Origin: Geosiphon pyriformis uo1
Lineage: Eukaryota > Fungi > Glomeromycota
Assembly (NCBI GenBank): GCA_016748015.1
Contig: JAAOMT010000128.1
Location: forward strand, 2,239,538-2,303,537
Reading direction: 5' to 3'
Length of the DNA: 64,000 nucleotides
A program made the position numbers and the translations under genes. The notes beneath the pieces were generated by a model that ran no database searches, had not been told where the DNA came from, and worked only from the letters and a program-made list of their open reading frames with translations. The stretch's first letter is position 1. The number at the start of each line of letters is the position of its first letter. Of this stretch, positions 38,085-51,214 are shown one piece after another.

Positions 38085-40000
38085 ATCTAGATTTTTGGAT
38101 CTCCAGATTCTGGGTTGAGTTCTTTTGAATTCTTTACAGCATTTAGTGAAGTTGTGTATTAGTTTTTCTAATAATTTTTTGACAGGAGTGGTACATGTCT
38201 TTTTGAATAATGGTTTATTATTAGATCATAGCTTGCCTAATGTATTTCTTAATTCTGACAAGTTTTTTGTGTCAAGTATTTTGAAGGCTTTTGTGTATTA
38301 TAAAAAAGTTAAGTCCTTAAAAAAATTTGGTATGGCTTTTTATAACAGACTTTTGGATAAACAAAATAGAGTTATGAAATAGAAAACATTCTGTTAATAA
38401 AAAAAATTAGATTTTAGAAGATCTGTGCCTTTGTGATTTGTTTTGGTGTTGGATTTTTTGAATAGTACTAAATATATCTTGGTCTTTTCTAAGGCAATTT
38501 CTGAATCAGATGACAATAATATTGTTTTATTTAGTTAATTTTTAGCATTGAAGAAACATTTCCATGAAGTATAGACAAATGTAATTACTGTGTATATAAA
38601 TAGTTCTTTGAAGAATTTAGGTTCTTCTGCTGTAACTGGTGGGGCTGCTGCATATTTTCCTGAAATTGATTTGGGAATTGGTGTCAAGATCAATGGTCTG
38701 CTATTATTAATAATGATCAAATTACTGACTATTGCTTTGGCTTTAAAATATGTGTCTTTTTTCTGTACTGTAATTGTATACATAGATTGTTAGGCTGCCA
38801 TAGATATATGTATTTTAGCATTGAAAATGTCAAGTTCTGATTTTTGAAACTGCTGCTGAATAGAAAGAAAGCATATTGTAAACTTAATTAATATCAAAAA
38901 TCTTTTAGTGGTTTGGTCTAAGATTAAGAGACATTCTGACATTTTGGGTAATGTTTGTGTTGATGCTTTGACAAATAAGACTGCTTATACATCTCTGGTT
39001 TTATTTAATAATATGTGTAAATGTTTTATTAAGACTGGTAGTTTGCCAGTATCTAGTAATACTTATTATTTTGTTTAGAATATATAAAAGTCAGTATATT
39101 GTTTTTGCTAAAAAAATGGATCTGGCTTTAAAGTATTGAATAACTCTTTAATTTAGAAAATTGATTGGATTTGTATAGTTGCTGTATAACACCCAGACTT
39201 ACATATGCTGTCCAGTTTTACAAGTAAGACTTTAGCTGGTTTGCATACATATTTTATAAAGGCAGTTTATGGGAAATTGTCAGTTATTATTAGGAAAAAA
39301 CTTTATGATAAAAAGTATCCAAGTATTTTGTGTTTGCAGTATAGAAAAGTTGAGTTTTTTGATCATATGTTTATATGTGCCAAAGAATCTAATTCCCATA
39401 GAAAAATTTTGCTTAAACAAATTGTGATTTAGAAGTCTTTAATAAGATTATGCATATTTTTTTCTGTAGTTGTAGAATCTTTTTTTTCATGCTTGTTGAA
39501 TATTGGTCTATATGTTTTTTTCTGTAAAGATTTTGTGCTTGAAAGTTGGTATGGTAAAGCTGTGCAAACATTTGATAATTATAAAAAGACTATCCAAATT
39601 CTAATTGGTTTTATGTATGATTTATGTAAACAGTATTGTTGTGTTTTATGAAAATTTAGGTCTAAATTCAGAATAGACATAGAAAAGTATGATTTAATTA
39701 ATAATTCTGAAGTAATTTTTAATATTTCTCACAATCTAGTATTAAGTTTGTTAAATAAAATAGTCAGATTAATTGATATTAATGAGTTTTTTGGTATTAA
39801 CTTTGGTTTTCATAAGTTTTGTCTGTTTTTTCTGGTTTAAATAGTAAGACTGTAGTTTATATAAAAGTGTAGTATTTTCTTGATTGATCTAAGTGACCAG
39901 TTATATGTAATAAAAACATAAATTGTATCTAGCTGAGATTTTTAGTTTTAATTCTGTATACTAGATAATAATTAGGCTGTATTTGTTAAAATATAAAAAA
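38085..40000 (+). mobile_element. 5'-truncated, decayed non-LTR retrotransposon related to the 42.7-50.4 kb element (RNase H, C-terminal Zn finger, 3' UTR)
   Basis: Collinear with 48465-50387: VYINSSLKNLGSSAVTGGAAAYFP, RKKLYDKKYPSILCLQY..DHMFIC, and a shared 3' UTR core TTCTGTATACTAGA followed by an A/(TAA)n tail. Confidence 0.9.
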
Positions 40001-41136
40001 TAATAATAATAATAATAATAAATTTTATTATATTTTAAGATTTTTATATATTTTATTTAAACAATCTAATATTTCAAATTTGCAATTATTATTTAAAAGT
40101 AGTTACTAAGAAATATTATTAATTAATTTGTTTTTAATTAAGTTTTAAATCTAGTTATCTAAAAATCTAATTATTTAAATTATTAGCTCTAAAAAAATAA
40201 CATACTAAATAAATTTAAAATAAATTAATTAATTTAATATATATAAATAATTAATATAATTGAAATAATAATAATAATATAATATATAAATTTTAAATAA
40301 TTTAACCATATATACAATTTTTTTATAAGCTAAAAAAACATTAGTTTTATATTAAATCAATTTTTATTATAATTTTACTGTAAACAATAAGTTTTTTTCT
40401 TTTTTTTTTATGCCTTTTTCTTTTTTTTTGTTTTTATATTTATTTTTATTTTATTATAAACAATTTTTTTTAATTATATTATTTTTAAAAAACATTTTTT
40501 TTAACAGTTAATTAAAAAAAATCTAGTGTAATTTTAATAAAATAATTAATTGGTTTTTAATAATTTAATTTGTTTTTTGTGTCTAAATAAGAGTTAATTA
40601 TTATTTTTTAAATAAAACTACATATTAATTTTTATTAAAAATAAATATTAATGATTTTATAATTTTTGTTTCTTTTTTTTATTTATATTATAAAATAAAT
40701 TCATATAAATAATATTAAATTCATATTATTTGTATTAATATTTAATAATAATATTTAAATCTATAATATTACAAATTAACAATAAATAAAGTAAAAAAAA
40801 ACATTTTATAATAAAAATAGTACTTACTCTTAATTTTTATTTTCTTAAAATATATAGTTTTATAATTTTATTATTAATTATATTAGTACAAACAAATTAA
40901 AAAATAAAATTTAAATATTATTAATTTATAGTTTTTTATTATAATAAATAATTAATATACATATTTTAAAACTATATATTTAGCTGGTTTTTTTTTGTTT
41001 ATTCAAACTTATTAAAATATTTTTATATTTTATTTTAAAAACTATGTTTATTAAAAATATTAATATTTGAACTATTTAAATTATTAAATTTCATCATTTA
41101 AATTTTTAATTTTTAATAATATCAGATAATATAAAC

Positions 41137-41260
41137 AAGTTTGTAAACTTTGAACCAAATTTAAACTAAACTTAAATTTGTCAAAAAAGTTTAAGTTTAG
41201 TTTATAATACAAACTAAACTTAAACAGTATTTAAAATTTGGTTTAATTTAGTTGAAAACA
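41137..41260. repeat. Short inverted/direct repeat cluster, probable decayed MITE or hAT-type end
   Basis: AAACTAAACTTAAA (41163-41176) with perfect inverted copy TTTAAGTTTAGTTT (41190-41203) and a direct copy at 41211. Confidence 0.5.
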
Positions 41261-42850
41261 AAATACAATTATAAATAATAAAATAATTTAAAAATTATAA
41301 TAAAAAATTTGTAATATATATATATATATTGTTTATATATTTATAAATTATATAATAGAAAATCAAAAATTAAAATTAAAATAATAATAAATTACAAACT
41401 ATATATTTATAAATTATATATAGTTAAATAATAATATAATATTTTTAATATATTTTATATATTAATACTATTATAATTTGATAGCAAATAGTTTTTTTGT
41501 TATAAAGTTAAATAAAAAACTTAAAATAATATTATAATTAAAAAGTAAGTGAATTTTTAAGATAATTTTTAGTTTATTGTATAATTAAATAGCCACAATT
41601 AATTTAAAACTCTATTTATTATTATTGAATATTAATTTAAAGCTATTAAAAAGCTTTTTTGTTTTTTTGTTTTTTGAAAACTAAAATTTATTTTTGAATT
41701 TTTTTTATTAATAGTTTAATAAAAGTTAGTATAACAAAATATATTTTATGTTTTTAAAAACAAAATAGTTGTTTTATTTATTTAAATACAATTAACTTTT
41801 AAAAGTAAATATTAATTTAGAATTTAAAGTTAAAACTTAATATTAAATATTATTTTAAATTTGGTTAATATTTTAAATTATATATTAAATTTATTGATAA
41901 AATTGTAATATCTTAGTAAAACAGTAATTTTACTACTTTTTTGGCTTAAGTATATTATAAAAAACAATTTTTATTTTTTAGTTAAAAAAAAATTTAAATA
42001 CTGTATTTTTATTAAAATTAATTAGTAAACAAAATCAGTTTTAAAAGCTTTAAAAGATATAAAATAAATTATAGTATATTGTTATACACCAAAAATTTTA
42101 AAAACATTTTTAATATTTTTAATAAAATATTATAAAAAATATAATAACAAAAATAATAACATATATAAATATTATAATAGATTTTTTAATTTTAAAAGTA
42201 ATAAAAAAATAAAATTTACAAGCTTAATTTTGGCAGTAATTATATATAAAAAAGCCTAAAATTGTTTTTTGTAACCAAGTTATATTAATAAAATTATGTA
42301 AAAACTAAAATATAGTCTTAATATAAATTATTTTAAATCTTTAAATATTAAAGTAAAAATTATTTACTTAAAAATTTAATAATTAAGAATAGTTTTTTAA
42401 ATACTATTAAAATCAGTAGAGTTTTTTAAAACCAAAAAAGCTTTAATTTTTATTTTATTAATATAATTTTAAAATTTAATAGATTTTTAAACATAAAAAC
42501 ACTTTTAATAATTGTTTTTAATTATTAAAATACTTAATATTATTTAAAATAAATTATATTAATAATTGCAAAGAAATTTTAATAATTATTAAAATAAAAT
42601 AAAAAAACAAATATTTACAAAATCAATTTTTTTAGTAGTTAAAAGTGTTTTTTTCAACCCAATTTTTTTTGCAATTAATATTTTAATTTAATAATAATAT
42701 GAAATTTAAAAGAAGATAAATCAAAATTCTTTTTCTTATCAATCTTCTGGCCACTACAAGAGCAAAAAAATTTTTGGAAAAAATTGCTTTGCTTTATTCT
42801 TTTTCCTTCAGTTTATTCAAGTTATTTCTTCTAACACAACCCTTTTTGTC

Positions 42851-44816
42851 ATGATGGAACCAGTAGGCTCATTTGCTGATGGTACTGGCTCAGTTTTGGC
42901 TGGTTTGGGGATCCACCTAAATGCTAAAAAGAATCGATTAGATACCGTCTACTTCTATGGTGCATCATACAAAAAACCAAAGAAGAGTGTGGCCGGTGAC
43001 ATGGTTAACTTGTTTGCAGGACCTCTGAGCTTGGAAGATATTAGTAGTGCTGGCATCAAGCCTGTAGTGTCTTGGAGCAGTGAAGTTGGCAGTGTCACTA
43101 GCAGTGTGGGCAAAATCTCAGATGTTGAAAATATGACAAACACGGTAGCCGAAGAGACCAGTTATATGAAGTTAGATGAGGATGATGATATGAACAAAAC
43201 TACACCAAGAAAAACTCACACCCAAACATACATGTTGGGAAACCTGCTGAAGCAACCTTCATTCAACTGTTTGAGTAATGACAATGATGATGAAATGGTT
43301 CTTTCTCCTTACATGGTTTTGGGATCCAATAAGCTGCCGCTGCTCAAATTACATGCCCCAAAGAAACAGAGCTTCAATTTGTTAAAATTTTTTGTACTTA
43401 ATATTGAACTTTTGGCTGTTCCTGGTAAGACAATTGGTGATAAGTTGATTTGTGTAAAAAAAATTTCTATTGTGTGGATGGTTTTGGAAGAGCTTCTACT
43501 TCCTTAAAATTCTCAGGAATCATCAGATCTTTATTTACTTCTGAATCTAGCATGAATAAGGCGAAAGAATTAGCAATTTGTGAGAAAATTGTGGTAAATA
43601 ATATTCTCAAAAAGGTTAGCAATCATTTGGATAAAAAAATTGTTGTTAAGGAGATTCTGGTTAATCTTCCCAAATCAGCTATAGAATCTGTTTTTTCTAA
43701 GTTTGGAAAAATTGTATCAATCAAAATGCAACTGATTGGTCTGTGGCAAAAAGTCTTGGTGGAATTTGAGTTATCTGAAATAGCTGATTTGGTCACAGCT
43801 AGGTGGTCTATCTTTATGGGAAAAGATTCTGTCTGTGTGGCAAAAGCTGTTGATGACAAGCAATCATGGGTTTCCAGAGATCTACATCAGGCATTGCTTT
43901 ATACTTTTTCTGTTGATATGACAGCTTATGATCTTTCTGATTTGTTGGAATCATATGGTGAGAGAACTTGCTTCATTGGCCATAATCCCAGTTCATATGT
44001 ATGTGATAGATGTGCAATAGTGTGTTTTGATAATGAGGCATCCAAATTGGCTGCTATTGGTTTTGTTTCAGTTTTTAAGAGCATGAATTTGCAATGGGCT
44101 GGTCTTTCTCTGGCTTGTTGCACCAAATGTAAACAATTTGGTCATGTTTCTGATATGTGTTTAATTGGTGAAAATTCTGGAGTTTGTAAGAAGTGGGTGG
44201 TGACTGATCATGATCGGGTTTGCCTGGCCAACATTTATAAAAAAAAGCAGGTGTCTATTATTTGTTTAACTTCTTTTGGTGGCAAAACTTGGGCTCAAGT
44301 TGCGGATAGTTCTTTTTCTCTTTCGGGTTCTTCATTTCCTTTAAGTGCTGATCTATCTCCTGGTGCTAAATCTTCTCTTGGTGCTAGGTCCTCTTTTAAC
44401 AGTATTGATCCTCATGGTGTTTCTGGTTTGTTTGATTACTTGGCATCTGTGGAATGGTCTTTGAAGCTTTTGTCTGATCAGATTTCTGATATAATAAGAA
44501 AGTTGAGCTTTGTGGACTTAGTGCCTTTGCCGTCTGTTTTTCATAAGCTTTCTTTGACTGTTTCTACATCTTTGGCTCCAGAATCTCACTCAAATATAGT
44601 TTTGGATAGTGCACCAGAGTCTTCTGCTTCCTCTCTCTCTCTGCTGTTGTTGATGGTACTTCTGGTTTCAGTTTGAGTAGTTCCAAGATTCTAACCACTA
44701 AAATGAGTGAATTGGAGTCGAAGTTGACATCTTTAGAAGCTTCAATTAGTTTGGTGTTGATCAAATTAGATCATTTGTGTTTTGGTTCTGGTTTCCTATT
44801 ACTTTCTTTATCTTAA
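42851..44816 (+). pseudogene. LINE ORF1 (RRM-like regions plus CCHC knuckle), frameshifted
   Basis: ORFs 42851-43507 and 43450-44676 joined by a slip in an A-run. Contains IESVFSKFGKIVSIKM and CTKCKQFGHVSDMC; final frame ends at TAA 44814-44816. Confidence 0.85.
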
Positions 44817-47800
44817 TGAGTGGTTTGGTTTGGAAATTTGCTATGTGCAATGTTCAGGGTATCAATGTTCCTGCAAAGCAAGTGGATATTGTTCACTGGC
44901 ATATAAGTTCTGGAAATATGGTTTTTTTCATTACTGAGACTAAGTTGAAGTCTTCCTCTGGGCTTTGGATCAAGGATAAATATGATAGAGTTCGAATTTT
45001 TACTTCTGGTCTGGATGTTGGATATCTTGGTGCTAGTGTTGCTGTTGTCATGAACAATTCTTTGACTTGTCATATTTTTAAAGTTAAGACAGTTCCCAGT
45101 CAGGTTATTTTGGTGCAGCTTTTGTTCAAGAGCAAGCTTTCAGTGACTGTTCTCAATTTGTATGCTGGTGCTTCTGCTGGCATCTGTTTTGAACAAGCAT
45201 TTGAGGTTAATTTTATTATTGTTAAGGCTGTTAACACCAGCACTTTTGTAGTATTGGGTGGGGATTTTAATGAGTGTGGTTCTGGAAGAAGTGCAAGTTT
45301 CAAGTTCTGTTCAAGTTTGGGTTTGGTTAATTTGTTCAATGGTCATTATTTAGTTAAGGCTCCTATATGGTGTAATTTGAGAGATGTTGAAAGGACTGTT
45401 GATTACATTTTTATTAGTGGAAGTCTATCTTCTGCTGTTGTAGAACATTGGGTTGGTTCTGTTTCTAATTTTTTTGATATAGATTATAATGCTATGGCAG
45501 TGTTGGTTGGTCTGGGTGGGCTCCTGAATGTTCAGTTGAACAGTTTGCACAAACAGGCTAACAAAGATCAATGGAAATTCAAAATCAAAGATGTGGACAG
45601 CATTGGATGGTCTCACTTTAGAGATTGCTCTTCCTCAAAAATTCTGGTAATAAAAGATAGGTTTCTCATTACAGCTGTAGATCATGATTTGGATGCTATA
45701 TGGTTGCTACTGGAAGAGGCATTGGTAAGTTCTGTGGATGAGGTCTTTTCTAGGCAGTGGTTTAGTGATTTTCAGTGTTCAAAAAATAAGTGGTCTTCTA
45801 AGTTTTTGAGGCTGGAGCTGTTGATTGCCAAGATTGTCAAAAGATTGAAATCCAATAATGCCTTTGGGTTCAATCACCTTGTAAAGAAATGGTCAACTTT
45901 GAATGCTGATAAAGCTCTTGTGTTGAGAAACATGGTTTATGTTGATCAAAAAATGATGAACATTCTTAAGTATTTGTCAATTGTCAGAAAAAAATACAGG
46001 AAGTCCAAGATATACAAATCGAAATTAGTACAGGAGGCTTCTATTAGAACAGCTATTGGGAAACACATGGAGAAGTTTTGTTTAGACAAGAGCAGTATGA
46101 TCAGAAATGTTTTAGACAGACCCTTTCAGAAAGTGGTATTGGATCACTTGGTGGTTGATGATGAGCTGGTATTGGATCCAGAAGGTGTGAGATTGAATGT
46201 TGATAGGATCATGGAAAGTTGGACGAGGAAACGTGTGGTGCCTTCTACACTGCCTGATCTCTGGGCTCACCAGTATGTGCCTTTGGATTATGTTCAGGAT
46301 GATGCTTTTTTCTGGTGTGATGAATGTGATAAACATAAGTAAGTTGCTCTCAATTGTTGGTGGTCTGCCTGATGGCAAAGCTGCTGGCTTGTCTGGCATC
46401 CTGAACAAACTTTGGAAGCATGGTGGTAAGAGAATGACAGAGTGCCTTTTGGTGCTATTGAATGAATGTCTTTTTGTTGGTGCAGTGCCTGTTTTGTGGA
46501 GGAGAGCATGAGTCTCAATGATCCCTAAACCTTATGATTGGAATGGAATTCTCACAAATACCCGTCCTATTGCTTTGATTGAGATGGCTAAAAAGATTCT
46601 CTCCAAAATACTTTTGGATAGGATTTCTTTTGCTTGCAGCAAGTTTGGTGTCCTCCATGGTGTTATAAATGATTATTTGGAGTCTCAAGTCAAATAACAA
46701 ATCCGTAACTTGGTGCTTAGTTGGTACTCAGATGTTGATATCTAAAGGTTTTGGTTGTGGAGTTTTTTGTATAATGAACAGAAATTCAATTAATGGTTTT
46801 ATTTATAGCTTCTTGAAACCACAGTTTTATCAATTTTTCTCTTGGCTTAGTGGCCAGCAATCCTCTGATAAGTATTCTATATCTATTGTATGTGTTCTAC
46901 TCTTTCACAGGGGTCTTTTACCAGGCAATTCTTGATGTCAGTAATTTAGTGCTTTATTCAATCAATTAGTGCATGACAATAAAAATCAAAGAAAACCAGA
47001 AAAAAAATAAAAAAAATAAAAGAAAATAAAGAGGAAATGGAAATTTGGCTGAAATGCAATTGCAAGTTGATATCTCGTCAATAGCCATGATCAAAAGCTA
47101 TTGTTCTAGTGTAGTTAAGTATTAAAGCCTATCAACATAAAGTGTTGATAGTGACGAGTGGATTGAAATAGTAAATAATTATTTATTTGATATTTATGAT
47201 GTAAGAGATTTTTAACTGATCAATTTTCCTCTTTCTACTTCTAACACTATCACTATATATACATAATTTGGGTTCTACGAGATTGCTCACATTCTTGAGC
47301 AATGTACTATGATTTTTTGAGCAATGTGCTCATGTGCCAATTACTATTCTCTTATTGGTCTATTATTTTTTCTATATCTGTTTTCTTTCTATGAATAATA
47401 GTGGCAACAATTTTTCAGTGTTAAAGGGTACTTTTACTCAGGTTCTAGTGTTTGCTGTTGAGTCAGTAGTTGAAGATGCTCTTGAGAAGAATAAGGAACT
47501 TTGGTTGGTTTTGCAAGATATGCGTAAGGCATATGACTTTATTGGTTGGCACTGTCTTGAGACCAGCTTATGACATATCAAGATGTGTGACAGGTTTATC
47601 AAGTTTTTTGGCAGTATTCATGGGAATAAGATTAACAGGATGATAACTGGTTTTGGTTTCTCAAATGGTTATAGAGTACATAATGGTTTGGATTAGGGTG
47701 AGGTTTTTTCACCTCTTTTATAGAAGATTTTTTATGATCCACTATTGTGTGAAGTTAAAAAACATAAATATTTATGTAAGTACTGGATTGATATTAAGTT

Positions 47801-50251
47801 TGTGGCTAAATCAGACAAAGTTGAAAGTGGTGGTGGGATGTCTTCTTTTTTTGCAGCTGAGGCATTTGTTGATGACACCATTTGGGTCAGAGATTGCCAA
47901 GCATCAATGCAGTATGCCTTGAACATTGCCAGTAAATTCTTTACAATTAATAATATTTCCATCAATAGTGAGAAAACTGTGGCCATTTCTATTAATCAAG
48001 GTATTAAGATTGCTTCTCTTAATATTAATGGGCAGCCAATTTCTATTGCCAAAAAGGATGAAACACACAGATATTTGGAGATCTTTTTGTTGATAGAGGG
48101 TTTGTTTAAGCTTAGTTTGGTCAAGGCTCATTTAAATATTCATTTTTTTATCAATGTAGTACTCAAAAAGGCTATTACAGACAAACAATTCTTGTATTTA
48201 GTGTCAGTCATTTTGTAGTCTATTGTCAACTACCATACTCAACTCAGCTTTATTTCTTCAAATGTGTGTCACAAGTGGGATGCCTTGGTCAGAAAGGGCC
48301 TTAAACTTAAAGCTGGTCTCCTTTGTGATTTTCTTGATGCTGCTTTGCATTATTCCTCATTGTATGGCCTGAAATTTTTCAAGCAAATACAGGCTGAGAG
48401 CAAATTGGCTGCTGTGGTTGTATTTTCTAATGCTTCAGACATTTTGGGGCATTTGTTTGATCATAGATTCCTGGATTTGCAGGTTCTGGGTTGGGCTTCT
48501 TTGGACCCCTGCAGTTTCCTGTCAAGTTGCGAGTTAGCCCTGTGAACAATTTTTTGGCTGGTGTGGTTAAGATTTTTTTGGGTAATAAGCTGTTCTTGAC
48601 AAATAACCTGCCTTGTGCTTTCCGTGGTCCTGGTAATTTTCTTATGTCATTGGTACTGGGGAGCACTTCTTACTTTGGTTTTGTTCATTCTTTGAAGCAA
48701 TTTGGTGTTGTCTTTGGAGACAGGTTGCTTGATAAGAAGAGTCATGTGATGGATTGGAAAACTTTTTGCCAGTAGAAGAGGCTTGACCCAAGAGAGTCTG
48801 TCTCTTATTGGTTTGAAATTACATTTAGGTTTTTGCATAATGGTGGTGCTTTGTCATCTGGTCTGGTCAAGACTGATCAGCTTTCTGGTTTGGACATTTT
48901 GGCTTCTGAGGAATTTTCTGATTTGCATAGTAGTTTACATGAGTTATGGTCTGGTTTTTTTATGATTTATACAGATAGTTTGTTGAAGAATTATGGCTCT
49001 TCTGGTGTTGCTGATGGTACTGCTGCATACTTTCCTATTATCAACTGTAGTATTGGTGTTAGGGTCCGTGGTTTATTGTCTTCCATCTTGATTGAGTTGC
49101 AAACTGTTATTTTGGTATTAGAATGTGTTTTTTCTTCTAGTACAGTGTTGGTACACCTTGACAGCCAAGCTGCTATTGACGCATGTGTATCTGAGTTGTC
49201 TCTTCTGGTGCCTAACTTCCAAGTTCTATGCTGGATGGAAAGACGTCACATTTTTAATTTGGTTAGGGAGAAGAATTTGAGTGTGAGTTGGATAAAAGTT
49301 AAAGATTATTCTGGTGTTTATGGCAATGTTGAAGCTGATACTGCTGCTGGTGCTGCTACATGTTCTCGGTTTTCCTTGTCTATTGGGATGCGAGAATGGC
49401 TTTTGATTGCTGAAGATTTGGTTGTGTCTGACAATGCCCACCATTTTGTTAAGAATATGTTTAGGTCTGTGTGCTGTATGCATTGGAAGACTGGGCCTGG
49501 CCATAATGTGATTCAGAGTAGTTTGATTGAATGTATGGACTGGAATGCTACCTCAAGAGTATGACACCCTGACTTACACATGCTTGCTGGGTCTACTAGC
49601 TGGAAGTTTTCTGTGCTGCAGTCTTATTTAATAAAAGCAGTGCACCATCATCTCCCTGTGGCTGTTCGAAAGAGATTGTATGACAAAAATTACCCTGGTG
49701 TGCTGTGCTTATTGTGTAGAGAGGTGGAATTGCCCGATTATGTGTTTTTTTGTGTCATAAATGCTAATGTCCATAATAAGATCCTTGCTGAGACTGCTGC
49801 ATTTTGGGTTTCTTTAATGGATTCTTGTGTCTCACTCTCTTCTGCTGTTCTGTGGTTTCTTGGTTGTTGTTCCTCAGATATCAGCTTGTATTTAGCTATA
49901 TGTAAGGGATTTGTCATGAGTAATTGGTGCTTAGAGGCTATAGAAATCCTTGAAAACAGAAAGTTGGCTGTTGGTATTGTTGTCAATTTTTTAAGAAGTA
50001 TTGCTGAGATGCACTATTGTAGGGTTTGGCTAATAAGATCTAGTTATAAAGTGAGCATGGAAAAGGTTGGTTTGGTTGGAAACAATAGAATAATATTAGG
50101 TTTGTCTTATTGTAAGACAGCTGTGTTGTCTGATGGCATGGTTCAGTTGCTTGGTGTTTTGGGTTTGTTTTCTGTTAGCTTTGGCCATTGTAGACCTAAT
50201 CTTTTTTTTTCTGGTTTGGATTTCAATTCTTGTGTCATTATAAGTGTATAG
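44816..50251 (+). pseudogene. LINE ORF2: AP endonuclease, reverse transcriptase, RNase H, C-terminal Zn finger; disrupted
   Basis: APE: CNVQG, ITETKL, GGDFNE, DYIFIS. RT: RPIALIE, LQDMRKAYD, AFVDDT. RNase H: IYTDS, ELQTV, LDSQAAI, GNVEAD. C-terminus CLLC...FC. Confidence 0.9.
46661..47400. mobile_element. 740-bp solo-LTR-like insertion in the LINE RT
   Basis: Begins TGTTAT, ends ATAATA (one transition from ATAACA). Flanked by 4-bp TSD ATGG (46657-46660) / GTGG (47401-47404). Removing it restores the frame KFGVLHG-NNFSVLKGT. Confidence 0.85.
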
Positions 50252-51214
50252 TGTTGCCTTGTCTGGCCTGAGTGACTAGCCACATGTAGTAAGTGCGTGA
50301 ACTGCATTTAGTTTGGGTCTCTTAGTTTGGTTCTGTATACTAGACAGTGGTTGGGCTTCACTCATTAAATGTGTAATAAAAAAAAAAGAAATTTAAAAGT
50401 TATTATAATATAAATAAAAAAGTAAAATACTAAATTTATTTTAAAATAATAATTAATATTAAATTAAAAATTATAGTATTTAAAATATATATATTGTTTA
50501 AAAATATTTAAAGTGTTTTTTATTTTTGTAAATATTGTTTAAAAATATTTATTTAAATTTGAGCAAAATAAAAACTTAAATTATTTTAAATTAATAATAA
50601 AATAAAACATTATTAATTTAAATTACTTTTTCAATTTTAAAAATAATTGTATGTATTAACCCAAAAAAAATAAAAGCAAATTTCTTAATCATTATTAAAA
50701 AACTAAAATAATCAATTAAAATAAGTTTTAATTTGAGTATAGTGTTTTTAAAAATTATTTAATTTTATGGTTAAAATATTGTGTTTTAAAAACTTAAAAA
50801 AATTACAAATACAATTAGACCTCCATAAAAAAACCCTTCATAAAAAAACAACCTCTTACAAAAAACATTTTTTTATAGAACCAATTGAGTAATTAACAAT
50901 TTTCCCTTTATATAAGAACAATCTATAAAGGAACAAGAACATAATGTTTATTCAAAATTTATCTTCATATAAGCACAAATATCACGTGCTAGATGCTAAT
51001 TGGTAATTGGAAAAAGAGTTAGAATGTATTGAATTGATTTCATTCTAACTTTCTTTTAAATCGATTTACATTGGATTTACTCTTTTTGATCTTGTCTGTT
51101 TTCACGTACAGCCACTTAGTCCCTATTGTATTCCAATTTAGGCTTGCTAAAACCAAATCTAATATTATCATTATAGGCACATTTTCTAACAGACTTGCTA
51201 AATTATCACCTTTA

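Larger units (their letters stand above)
42713..50387 (+). mobile_element. Full-length but inactivated non-LTR (LINE) retrotransposon: ORF1 plus APE-RT-RNase H-ZnF ORF2
   Basis: Poly-A tail ending at 50387. 12-bp direct repeat GAAATTTAAAAG at 42701-42712 and 50388-50399 is a candidate TSD. Domain motifs listed in the ORF entries; multiple stops and frameshifts. Confidence 0.92.

Noticed and set aside
42955-49986. Many short minus-strand ORFs across the LINE, and plus-strand ORFs across CEP104
   Set aside because: Antisense shadows of real coding frames.
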